A stretch of DNA of 64,000 nucleotides, from NCBI GenBank assembly GCA_951406725.2, contig OX597815.1:122016001-122080000 (forward strand), in the 5' to 3' direction. The notes beneath the pieces were generated by a model. That model saw only the letters and a list, made by a program, of their open reading frames with translations. It made no database searches and was not told where the DNA came from. This DNA comes from Octopus vulgaris (Eukaryota). Position 1 is the first letter of the stretch. Each line of letters starts with the position of its first letter. Of this stretch, positions 52,643-64,000 are shown in pieces. Position numbers and translations under genes: made by a program.

Positions 52643-55600
52643 GTTTCTAATATAGGCACAAGGCCAGAAATTTAGAGGAAAGATGGTTAGTCAATTACAT
52701 CGATCCCAGTATTAGACTGGTATAGTATTTTAATGATCCCTGAAAGATTAAATGCAAATTTGACCCTGTAAGGGTTTGATTTCAGAATGGAAAGAGCTAG
52801 AACAAATGCCACAAGGCATTTTTCCCAGCACTCTAATGATTCTGCCAATACACTACTTAATTCAAATACACTGAAGGTGGGGAATATTGAGCAAACACAA
52901 CCAGCATAATAATTCAAAAGCTCAGCATTGCAAATAGTGATCACTATGATGATGGTAATGAGGATGATTTTGGAATCTTAGTCTGGATTTTATGCAAGTG
53001 CAGCTGTAGACAATAGCAGTAATGAGGAGCATCTTTTGAATTATATTGTACCCCCCCCACACACACACACAAATTCCTTTTTAGGTGCTACCTTTACAAG
53101 TAAAACCTAATTGTTCTAGAGTTAAAAGCTGTACAGCTAATGCATAAAATTCCTAGATTCTTTCAATAAATCTATTACTATTTTCTAATGTATTTCCACT
53201 GCTCATAATTTTCATCATATATTTCATATCACTATTTCCTTCTTAAATTTGTTCAGAATTGAAATTTATATTTAACATTACTTCATTCTTTAGCAAAACT
53301 TTTTTCCTTCAACATCCTAATTTAATTGCAGTATCATACCGTCATTAATATGAATATCATATAATTTGGCTAACATTATGAACACAACATATTTTTCTTA
53401 TCAGCATTAGCAATCCTTTTACCTTTTCCATTCCACTACAAATTCTAGTTCTTATTTTATTTATATTTTCCTAGTCACTTAGTTTTCTGGTATAAAACTG
53501 TCTTTTTACCAATACATAACAAAAACATAAATTCTGTTTTTGTATATTGAAAATAGACATTTTATTGCATATTTTCTAAAGTTTTCCTGAGTAATGCATT
53601 CACGATTAATTTAAATAAAAGCTATAGCACTTATGATTGATATGCTGCAAGACAACCAGGTATTTCACTATACCAATAAACCAGTTTTATAAAATTCCAA
53701 TATTGTGTGTATCCCAGATTTTACAATAGGTACACTATTTATCTGCATTTCGTAAGAGAAGACAAAAAGGGGTAGCATTATGAAGGGCATCAACTATAAA
53801 GCACTGCTCCCAAAAGACCTGCCAACCTCTGCTGTCATGACGATGATAAAGCTGTATATAATGATGTCATTGGTTACCATAACAATATTATGTTAACTCT
53901 TAACATCTTGCTAAAAAGTTTTCTGTCAAAATGCCAGTCCTTTATTGATTCTTTTACAGAACAGAAATGACTGAAAGAAGAGATTTGGGTCTTTTATCTT
54001 ACATTAAAGAGATCTTTCTTAATCAATGTAAACAAAGTTAGTACAATTCTTGTGATATCATGTATTTCAGAACTTTCTGTCTGTGTCATACACAAAGATA
54101 TGAGTGAAACAAACATAAACACAAACTATTAAAACTTGTACTACATTTACACCTGTACAGTCTTTGGAGTAATTAAACATCTACTCATAATTCTGTACTG
54201 AGAACATTCTCAGCCTCTGCTGTGGTTAAGACTGCAACAGATCAGTGTCTGATTTAGACAAGAGTCTTGTATTCTCAGTCACAAAAACGTTAGGGAGACA
54301 GGAATAGGCTCTGGCCTAATGGGCCAATAGTTTCAAAAGTGATATTAACTTTTGTGTCGGTGGCACATAAAATCACCCACTACACTCTTGGAGTGGTTGG
54401 CGTTAGGAAGGGCATCCAGCTGTAGAAACACTGCCAGATCTGACTGGCCTGGTGCAGCCTTCGGGCTCCCCAGACCCCAGTTGAACCGTCCAACCCATGC
54501 TAGCATGGAAAGCGGACGTTAAACGATGATGATGATGATGATGATGATGATATATATATATATTTATATATGGCCTGCTCACTTAGCCAGCGGGGTGGCA
54601 TCATTTGAAGGCTAAAACAATGCAAAGTGCATTGACCAGCGATGTATAGCAGCATCTGATAGCCTGGTCGGTCATGGTGGTCACGGTGATATATATATAT
54701 ATATATATATGCATGTGTGTTTGTGCGTGTCTAAATGTGTAAATGCAACCACCTACCCAATATGTATACATATATATATATGCACGTGTGTGTGTGAAGG
54801 CGATGACAAGTGAGTGATATGCTGTGCTTGTAAAGACTCATCAAGCCAAGTGAAATTGTTGTCGTGGCTGTTGCCAGTGTCATGTAATTGAAATCTGTGC
54901 TGGCGACACGTACAAAACATCCATTACACTCTTGGAGAGGTTGGCATTAATTAGGAAGAGCATCCAGCCGTAGAAACCATGCCAAATCAGATTGGAATCT
55001 GGCACAGCTCTGTGGCTTACCAGTTCTAGCCTAACCCATGCCAGTATGGAAAGCGGACATTAAATGATGATGATGATGATGATGATACACACACACACAC
55101 ACACACACATATTGGGTGTGTAGTTGTGTAAATACATTTAGACATACATAAATACACATGTATATGTATGTATAAAGTTAATATCTGTCTTGTTCATATC
55201 ATACTACATTACATTACTATATTATTATATTATAATGCATGTATTAATATTTGGAAACCTTTATTTGGATAGTCACCAAAATAACAAAGTTGCCTTTATG
55301 TGAGCATGTTTGATGGCAAATAATTTTGTCATGTTTTCTCTAAGGTGAAATTTGAAATTGCATTTTTAAAATCAACTGCATTACTTAAAAACTAATAAAT
55401 AACTAAAGTTTTAAATTTAATGAATGTAAGATCATTAAAATAGTTGTACAATTACAAATAATAAATGTTTTAGTATTTCATTTATTCATTGTTGACTTAT
55501 ATATATTCTCCGAAAATTAAAACAACCAGGGGAAAACATCATGAGTCAAAGATTGTTGATTTATGTAAATCATGTTTGATAACATGATAGATAATTGCTT

Positions 55601-55914
55601 AAGAATAACAGAATGTTACATGTTAGTAAGAACAATAAACATTTGCCATTATTATGTGTAGATGTCTGTTTATTCATGCACTTGGGTATTGTGTATGTAT
55701 GCATACATATATATAACTCTGTGCATGTGTGTGTATATGTGCATGTGTGTGTATGTATATGTGTGTGTGTATGTATGTGTGCCTGTATATATATATATAT
55801 ATATACACACACATATGATTCTCTCTCTCTCTCTCTCTCACTCTCTCTCTCTCTATATATATATATATGTATAAATATATATATATCCACACATACATAT
55901 ATAAATACATACAT

Positions 55915-57540
55915 GGAAAATCAGTACCCCAGACTCAAAGTCTGTGCATCAATGGTCTCACTAGTTCTCCTGTTCCATACAAAGAATGCTACAAATACCT
56001 ACACATTGATGAAAACATATCATATAAAGACACTGTGAATGTGACCCAAGAATATTATGCCAGACTTAGAAAAATATGATAGTCAGAACTCTCCTCTTAC
56101 AAGACAATATCCCACAATGAATTTGCAGTACCAGTGCTAATTCCAACATTTGGGATACTCAACCAGTCCGTAGAGGAAATTCTCTCCATAGATGTTAAAA
56201 CCTATAAGATACTGACATCACTGGAAACCTCTACAGAAACAGTGATATTGATAGATTCTGCCTAAGAAGAGATGAAGAAGGTAGCAGCTTGAGATCAATG
56301 CAGACAGCTTTTGAATGTCATGTAGTCTCTCTCTCAGACAGCACTTGCTAAATAACAGCAGCAAAAATATATGCAACAACTTAGTGCTGAAAAGTGAGCT
56401 GATCAGGAAGCATTTTCTTCTTGATGGCCTTTCATGCAACCCCGAAACAGCTGGGCTAAAACACCTCAAAGACCCGGATGTGAAATACTCAGCATACCAA
56501 AAAAGACTGTATATGAGTATGTTTGAAGACTCAAAGAAGACAGTAACTTCAACATGATGCATAGCCTCTCGAAGAATTATACCACTACATTGCATTACAC
56601 TTTGAAGGCTATACATTTGAAATCCAAGAATAGGATTATGAAATATCTAATAAACAAAAGAGACAGTAAAGCTCTTGGAGCTCTAAGGGGATTATTTTTG
56701 TGGAAGATCTCACATATGTGATTAGCAGCTGTCCAAAAATGTCATCGAGGTGTTTGTGACATTGCCACAAAACAATATACAATGCCATTCGGAAAAAAAA
56801 GACTATTCTGGAATAAATATAGAGAATCCCCATTATTGAGTACATACATAAACTTCAACACAAGGAATACTGGTGGAACATTCCCATCAAAATATCTGTC
56901 AAGTTTAAACATCATAACAGGCTGGATATTGTTGTTTGGGACAGACAAGAAAAAATATGTACCATCATAGAAGTTAGATCCCTTGCTGACATGAATATCG
57001 CTTTGAAAATCAAAAAGAAAGAGGTTAACAATGGATGACTGTTTTAAAACCTCCAGCTTCTATATCCAGATTATAAATTCACATTTATACCAATGATAAT
57101 TGGGGCATTTGGTTTTATGAGAAAAGCGACAATCTGGATAAACTAGTTTTCAGAAAAAGAAAGCAACCAACTAACTTGCACATTACAAATACAATGTGTA
57201 AGTGGAACAGTAAAAATTATGCAAGACTTTTCTCAAGTTTATAACGTGACATTCTTTTTGTTATCTATATTTCAATGATGGAGCTTTGTATCTTTGTTAG
57301 AAGCCAGATCCTTCCTCAGATGAAGAATTTAAATAATTAAAAACAGAAGAGAACAAATAACATACATACATACATACATACATACATACATACATACAAA
57401 AAATTCCTGTTAATATTGTTTAAATTGCAATGAAAGAGCCTTGGATCTAGGTTAGAAACTGGCTCTTTCTCTATAGGCAAGAAATCTTGAAATAAAACTG
57501 AATAATGACATACATACATACATACATACATACATACACA
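55915..57540 (+). mobile_element. Decayed REL-endonuclease LINE (R4-like) ending in (TACA)n
   Basis: Remnants across frames: RREGxSL, IQExDY, EDLTYVISSCPKMS (zinc-knuckle region), WILLFG/DI region, FIPMIIGAFG; tail aataacatacatac. Confidence 0.6.
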
Positions 57541-58949
57541 GTATACATTTAACTCAATTGATTAAAATTTTAATGTAAATTATTACATGAAAATAACTTT
57601 TGTTTTAGCTAACTGATTTGGTACGTAGTTATATAACAACTTTTATATTTTTTAAAGATACATGCTTTTTTAGTGTTTTATGAGTGAATTTTTTCATCCT
57701 GTTCAAAAGATATTTCATATTATCTATATATATCACGATATACCACTATTGGGATTATTCAGCAATCATATTCATTCATTATGTATTGCTGTATAGAATA
57801 TTTTGTTACATATATTATTATTAATGTGGGAATAACTAATTATCAATAACGTGTAATCATTGATTTTTATACATAATTCATACTTAGATTTTCTTTGCTT
57901 TTAATGTATAAGTGTACATGTGTGTGTGTGTGTGTGTGTGTCTTTTGCAATAACAATTTTGTAGACTGATTAATTTTTGCTATGTTTGATATTCTGTTTT
58001 AGTAATTTTTTTTATTTGTTGCTATTTTTGTATCACCCTCCTTGCCCCATTGGCTATGAAGAAAGAATTCTGCAATTTTTTTTTATCATTTTTAAAAAAA
58101 TTCGTCTTTTGAGATTTTTGTGTAGCATATTGTCAAATGATATATTTCTTGACATCATTTCTCTTACTATTTTTTGTATCCAAATATCTATGTTTACCTT
58201 GACAATAATTTATTTTCATCTAGTCACTTTAGAGAAATATACGATTCTAGCATGATACACGTATGTGTGTGTGTGTGTGTGTATACATGTATATACAAAA
58301 TATCTTTAGTAATATACTTGTTATTCAAATAGTTATGCTTTTTTTATGTATGTTTTTTGGGGTTGTTATGAATCTAACTTCTTTTTATAATTTTATATAG
58401 TTTAAGAAAGCAATATGTATGTGATATTTTAGGATAAATTTATATTCCATCATCCTGTTTAGTGTTTGTTATAGTCTCATCAGTATCTAAGTTATTTTCA
58501 TGATGCCATTCCTAACACCAACCACTCTCAGAGTGGTTAGGGTTAGGAAGGGCTCCAGCTGTAGAAACCATGTCAGATTAGATTGGAGCCTGGAGCAGCC
58601 TTCTGGCTTGCCAGTCCTCAGTCAAACCATCCAACCCATGTCAGCAGGGAAAGCAGTCATTAAACGATGATGACGATGGTGACAATGATGATGATTTTTC
58701 ACTTAAACTTTTTAATATAAAACTGCAGCATTGTAGTGAGCCTTGTCTATAGAAGTTATAACAAAATAATAATGTCTTCACATGTGTGAATTTCTGTGTA
58801 TATGTACACACACACAAACACATTATGAGTATATGTGTAGATGTGTGTGTGTGTGTATTCATACATATATTGAACAAAGGAGGTAAGACAGAAATAAATG
58901 TAGAAGTTTGTTGAAAATCTCAGGAGCCATCATACATTTTTCAGTTCAG

Positions 58950-59780
58950 AAATCAATAAGATAATGTGTTGTACATTAATGACACCTAAGAGTTACATTA
59001 AATAAATTTGGAATTGGAGAAACTTTGAGAAATTAATGTAAGTGTAGTACTGTCATGTGGTGTCTACTTTTTTTCACCTTCTATGGCTGCTATAAATGGT
59101 AGTTATTAAAGAAGTTCAAACTTTAATAAAGAGAGCTTGATTGAAAGGGTCTAAAGATGAACAGGGGAAATACTAAGGTACATGTTAATATCAAGAACCA
59201 CGTCTCTGAAAAGCATCATTTAAGTTTACCTTAGAGCACAGGAAGAGAATATGTAAAAAGGAGATGTTTCATAAGTGTGATTATACAACAACTATATTAA
59301 TCTCTGGTAAATTTACTTAAAAATATGACTTTATGGACACTAGATGCACTGGATAGCTAAAAATCATAAATAATTATAAAAAGAAGACTGTAAACTATTC
59401 AGTTGACCTCCCCAAAGATGGAGATATGTGCTATTACTCCAGTATTATACAAAGGTAGAATTAGGTGATATCATAGAGGTCAGAGCGAAATTAAAAATAA
59501 ACAAATAATAAATAAATAAAAGGGTAAGAAAAAAGCATTTCTATCATTCAATATAAAAATTAAAGGTCAAAGTGTAAATAGCTACAAGAAGCAAGGTGTT
59601 ATTTTACAAGACTCCTTAGAAAAGAAAGTGATGAACCAAAACTGCAGAAAAGAACTTCTTGCTGGGAACTGAAAAAATATTCATTTACAATCCTGTAGAA
59701 AACACAATATATAAAGAAAAGACTACACTTTCTAGAGAAAAGATGATAAAACTATTTCATCACAAATAAAAATATTTCAA
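58950..59780 (+). mobile_element. Very old CR1/L2-like LINE remnant
   Basis: Only fragmentary motifs (LIERV..., LEHR, GDIIEV) in A-rich sequence; similar remnants at ~24000-24440 and ~53050-53600 (-). Confidence 0.35.
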
Positions 59781-60245
59781 GAGAATAGTTGTAAAACTTT
59801 TTTCTTATAGGTGTTCATTGTTAATACTTATTAATCTAATTCAAAAGAGTTCGCAAAAGTTTTGGGTTTACTTCAATTTCTATTGATGTATTTAATATGA
59901 TTTTATATTAACAAATTCTATTTTTTCTCTTTTCGTTCAATCAAGATTTTTTTAAGAGAAATAATGATATGTCATACACAAGGGGGGTTTGCCACTCACA
60001 AAATGCTGCATACATAACTTACAATAATTAGGATACAAAACATTTTTTATTAGCAACAAAAACACTGCATAATGATGATATTTCTGAAACATTTACAATC
60101 AAGACACATTTAAATAATTTACAATTTCAAAAAAAATTGCTTCAATCAAAATACAATATATTTCAAAAAATAATGTTCAAAATGTATTCATGTGTTTCAT
60201 GCAAAACTAGTTTCAGCAGTTATTATTAAAGGTTGTGTGTGTGTA

Positions 60246-60310
<65 letters not shown>

Positions 60311-61799
60311 ATGCATGTGCGAGTGCATGTGTGTGTGTTGGGCAATCATTCTGAATAATGTCAAAGTCCAGAGAGTTGGAGAAAATTACTAAAATACAAA
60401 TGATTGATGAGAGTGACAAACATGTGAAGTATAAATTCATGATATGAGTTGCAGTTATTATATTTATCCAGCTTTGACTCATAAAAATATATGATATGTC
60501 AGATTTTTCTGATATAGAATATGATTGATGATAGGATATATGAAATAAAATTTGAATTAAATTATCTAAGATTGATGTCGTAACTATGATAAGTTCTGGT
60601 AAAGCACTAAAATAAGCATTTTCTTAATACTTACAGCTGGAAATAGCTCTTTCTAATTTTGGCACAAAACCAGTAATTTTGTGTGGAAGGAGAAGCTGAT
60701 TACATCAACTTCATTGTTAAACTGGTACTTATTCTATCGACCCCAAAAAGACAGAAGGCAAAGTCCACATTGGTGGTATTTAGACTCAGATCATAAAGAA
60801 CTGCAAGAAATGCTATTAAGCATTTTATCAAGCACAGACATGAGTCTACCAACTTGCCATTGAATATAACTCAATTTAATATTAATTTTTTAATTTCAGA
60901 ATTCTTTTTTTTTTAGTTTGTTATTTTTTCAAAACTGATATATTGGTAAGAAAAAGAAAATTAACCCCACTATAATTGTTATTTTCCTCATCATAACTAT
61001 TAAATATGAAATATTGAATTAGTCTAATTTAGAAACAGTAGTAGTTCTACTACTATTACTTCTACAATTAGTTTACAGTATTTTATATAATGCTTCACAC
61101 TTTTGAGTTCACACTTTCTGAGACTGATAAAATCAATGCTTGTAATATAAAAGGATTAGTTCATTCATATGTGTGTGTGTGTGTGCGTGTGTGTGTGTGT
61201 AGTCGGAGCACTGCATCCTTCAAAACTTCCATGCTTTCTGAGATTCGCCAACACTACACCTGATTTCCTCCCCTCCATACACACAAGCATGTATCTGACT
61301 CATACATTGTTCGCTTTCCAGACATTTGTACATTACTGCATATACTTTATACGCACTTTCTGACAAGTTGTGGTGCACCTGAGCACTGTATACAATAATT
61401 TCATTATTATTAATATTATTATTATATATATATATATATACATACACACATATATATATTTATATTTATGTATATATATATATATACCCTATCGAAATAT
61501 AAGCTAGTGTCAAAGAACCTTTTGAGGAGTTTCTAAGATAATTCAACCTGCTAGAAAAAGCAATAAAATTCCCTTGAAATAACACTTTACCATCATAAAA
61601 AAGAATGGATACATTGAATAGTATATATAGTATATTTTTTTTAAATATCCAGATGATTACAATTGAAAGATTTTTGATTACTTTAATTATAGGTCTACTA
61701 AATAATAATAAGACTAAGGTGAGTGTAATCAACTTGTGAAATGCACAGTCTTTGTAATAATTACATGAAATTTTCATTTGAAATAATTTATCATAAGGC

Positions 61800-62190
61800 A
61801 TACAGCTATCATGGCTGTGTGGTTTAGAATTTTGTTTCCCAACGATGTAGTTTTGGGATCAGTTCTACCATGTAACACCTTAGGCTAGGGTCTGCTACAG
61901 CTCCAGGTTAACCAATGCTTTTGAGTGAATTTGGAGAGGGAAACTGTGTGGAAGCCCATTGTATATTGGTGTGTGTGTGAGTGTGTGAATGTATGCATAT
62001 ATTTGTCTTTGTCCCTCATTCCTTGTCAAACAGTGTTGATTTGTTTACACCCCTGTAACTTAGTGGTTTGACAGAAGAGACTGGTATAATAAGTACTAGA
62101 CTTAAAATAAGTTTTGGGGTTGATTTGCTCAACTAGATCCATCAAAGTGGTGCTCCAGGATGGCTGCAGTCCAGTGAGTGAAACAAGTCA
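61800..62190 (+). mobile_element. tRNA-derived SINE (family A), decayed
   Basis: tggctgtgtgg A-box, accttaggc, gtgctccaggatggctgcagtc...gaaacaagt tail. Confidence 0.72.
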
Positions 62191-63209
62191 AAAAATAAAT
62201 GAAGCTCATAAAAAGAAATTTTGAAAAAAATTATTAGATTTAAGACATTAACTATAAAAATCAAAAATATTTAATTTTCTAATATATTGATGAAAATATT
62301 TATGTAGTAGTTATTTTGAGATACAGTATATGTAGTTACATTTATATTCCAATGAAGAAATAAGTTGCTTCTTCTTTATTCATTGATGTAAAATTCTTCA
62401 AAAAATGACGTCAAACAGCATTAGTCAAGAATTAAATTTACTTAAGGAAGTCCTACATTTTTAGTGGTTTCGAAAGAATATATTTCACCAAGAATACAAT
62501 AATAAATAAAATGGTAGAGCAGAGAGTTGAGCTTATTTTTGTGATCTATACTAGGTGTTTCATTTTCACTAAATCTAAGATAAATTTATTTGAATGAACT
62601 CAACTAGTAAAATATTTCACTATGTTATTTGGAGTCCAATTCCATCTTGGGCGGTCTAGAAAATTAAAAATGTTGTTTTAAGTAATATACATGCTGACTT
62701 TTAAAAATTTTGATTTTTACGTCAACTTAGCTGCTCAAAAGAACATACATGCTGACTTTGAGAATTTTGATTCCTATATCAAGTTTGTTAATTTGATAAA
62801 ACTACAATTCTGGTAAAATAACAAATTGGAAGTCTAACATGTACTAAGAAAATATTTGTTATAGAAATATATGCATGTTATTTGGGATTTTTGTTTGAAA
62901 TCTCAGCTAAGAAGTCAATAATATTTCCCACCACAGATTATACTAACCAACTGTCATGATTTTTTTATTTCATTTTACTACAACAGAACTTATATTATTC
63001 ATATAGTTACTTTAGTCTACCTTGCTGTCTATATGACACACCATTGCATTATATGAATTAATAACAACACTACTTTCAACAAACATGTAATTAAGTCTTT
63101 GGAAATAAGAATCACCTAGACTCTCTCGTGCATGCACACACACACATGTACACTTTCGCATATACACACATACAGATATAAACATATGTATATATATATA
63201 TATATATAG

Positions 63210-63258
<49 letters not shown>

Positions 63259-64000
63259 CAGCTTATTCAATGAAGTATTCAGAGAAAAGGTGTAACACTA
63301 AAAAGTGTTTATATGATATGCAAAGCCATTAAGATTCCAAAATGTGTCAAAGTGTTAAATATTTACAACAAAGAGATAGAAAAAAATTATACAATGAATC
63401 TTGATGAAATACCTGAATAACAGAGCTTGTTATAGATGTAGATAAAAGAACCTTTATGTTTCTAACAGAATACCTCAAGTTGAATCATGAGAAACTGCTC
63501 CAGCAGGAATTTAATCTGACAGAAATACCTTCTGATATTTAAAGAAATAAAAGTATTTAAAACCACTGTTATTTAATTGTTATTGTTGCTTGAAAATTTG
63601 TGTTAAATATGTGACATTTTGAGATAAAACCAGATTTTGAGCATACTATACATGTCAGTGTCTCATTTTGTCAACAAGTTCATATACATGGGCTTTATCG
63701 TTGATCAAAAAACAAACTGCACCTAGGAAACCAGGGGCAGACTTGATACTGGAAGATCAGCCCTGAGGTTACTCAATACAACATGAACAGACAAAAGTAT
63801 CAAGCTAAAACTTCTAAAACCTCAAGCCATGCTAGTAGCATTGTGTGAACATGAAACATTGCCCCTAAGTGTGGCTGACACCAAAGAGACTGAGGATGTT
63901 TCTGATGTTGTGCTACAGGTGAGTGTTGTAGATCAGTTGGGCAGCCCATAGAAATTCAGCCATGGAGGAGATGAGAATAGAATGAGAGATGGGGTGATGG

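Noticed and set aside
57420-57470. Hammerhead-like hairpin plus GAAAC in the LINE tail; similar faint traces at ~15700-15745, ~17110-17160 and ~24590-24650
   Set aside because: The CUGAnGA core or stem I is missing; too degenerate to call without a consensus.
63469-63542. Plus-strand acceptor-like site followed by YLKLNHEKLLQQEFNLTEIPSDI-stop
   Set aside because: Very short, no supporting upstream exons and no recognisable motif.

Overview
AT-rich, microsatellite- and transposon-dense eukaryotic DNA. The repeat repertoire (RTE LINEs with (GAT)n tails, two tRNA-derived SINE families, R4/Dong-like LINEs) suggests an octopus or other cephalopod; this is inference. Most of the window is intronic sequence of one large minus-strand gene for a giant immunoglobulin-domain (titin/obscurin/UNC-89-like) protein. 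Three exons can be supported: an Ig I-set half-domain exon (40773-40945), a 5824-bp giant exon encoding an acidic, repeat-rich PEVK-like region (26895-32718), and a second Ig half-domain exon (14803-14962). The introns hold a full-length decayed Tigger/pogo transposon, two mariner derivatives, many RTE and R4/Dong fragments, SINEs and palindromic elements. The most unusual signal is a set of minimal hammerhead-ribozyme motifs from at least three sequence families. One lies in a ~290-bp unit made of a tRNA-derived Pol III head, (AAT)n and a hammerhead; this unit is also the terminal repeat of a Penelope-like GIY-YIG element. Another occurs as a head-to-head pair forming a ~290-bp palindrome just upstream of an Ig exon. 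Most short ORFs in the supplied track are microsatellite or antisense artefacts. All calls were made by eye, and repeat boundaries are approximate.
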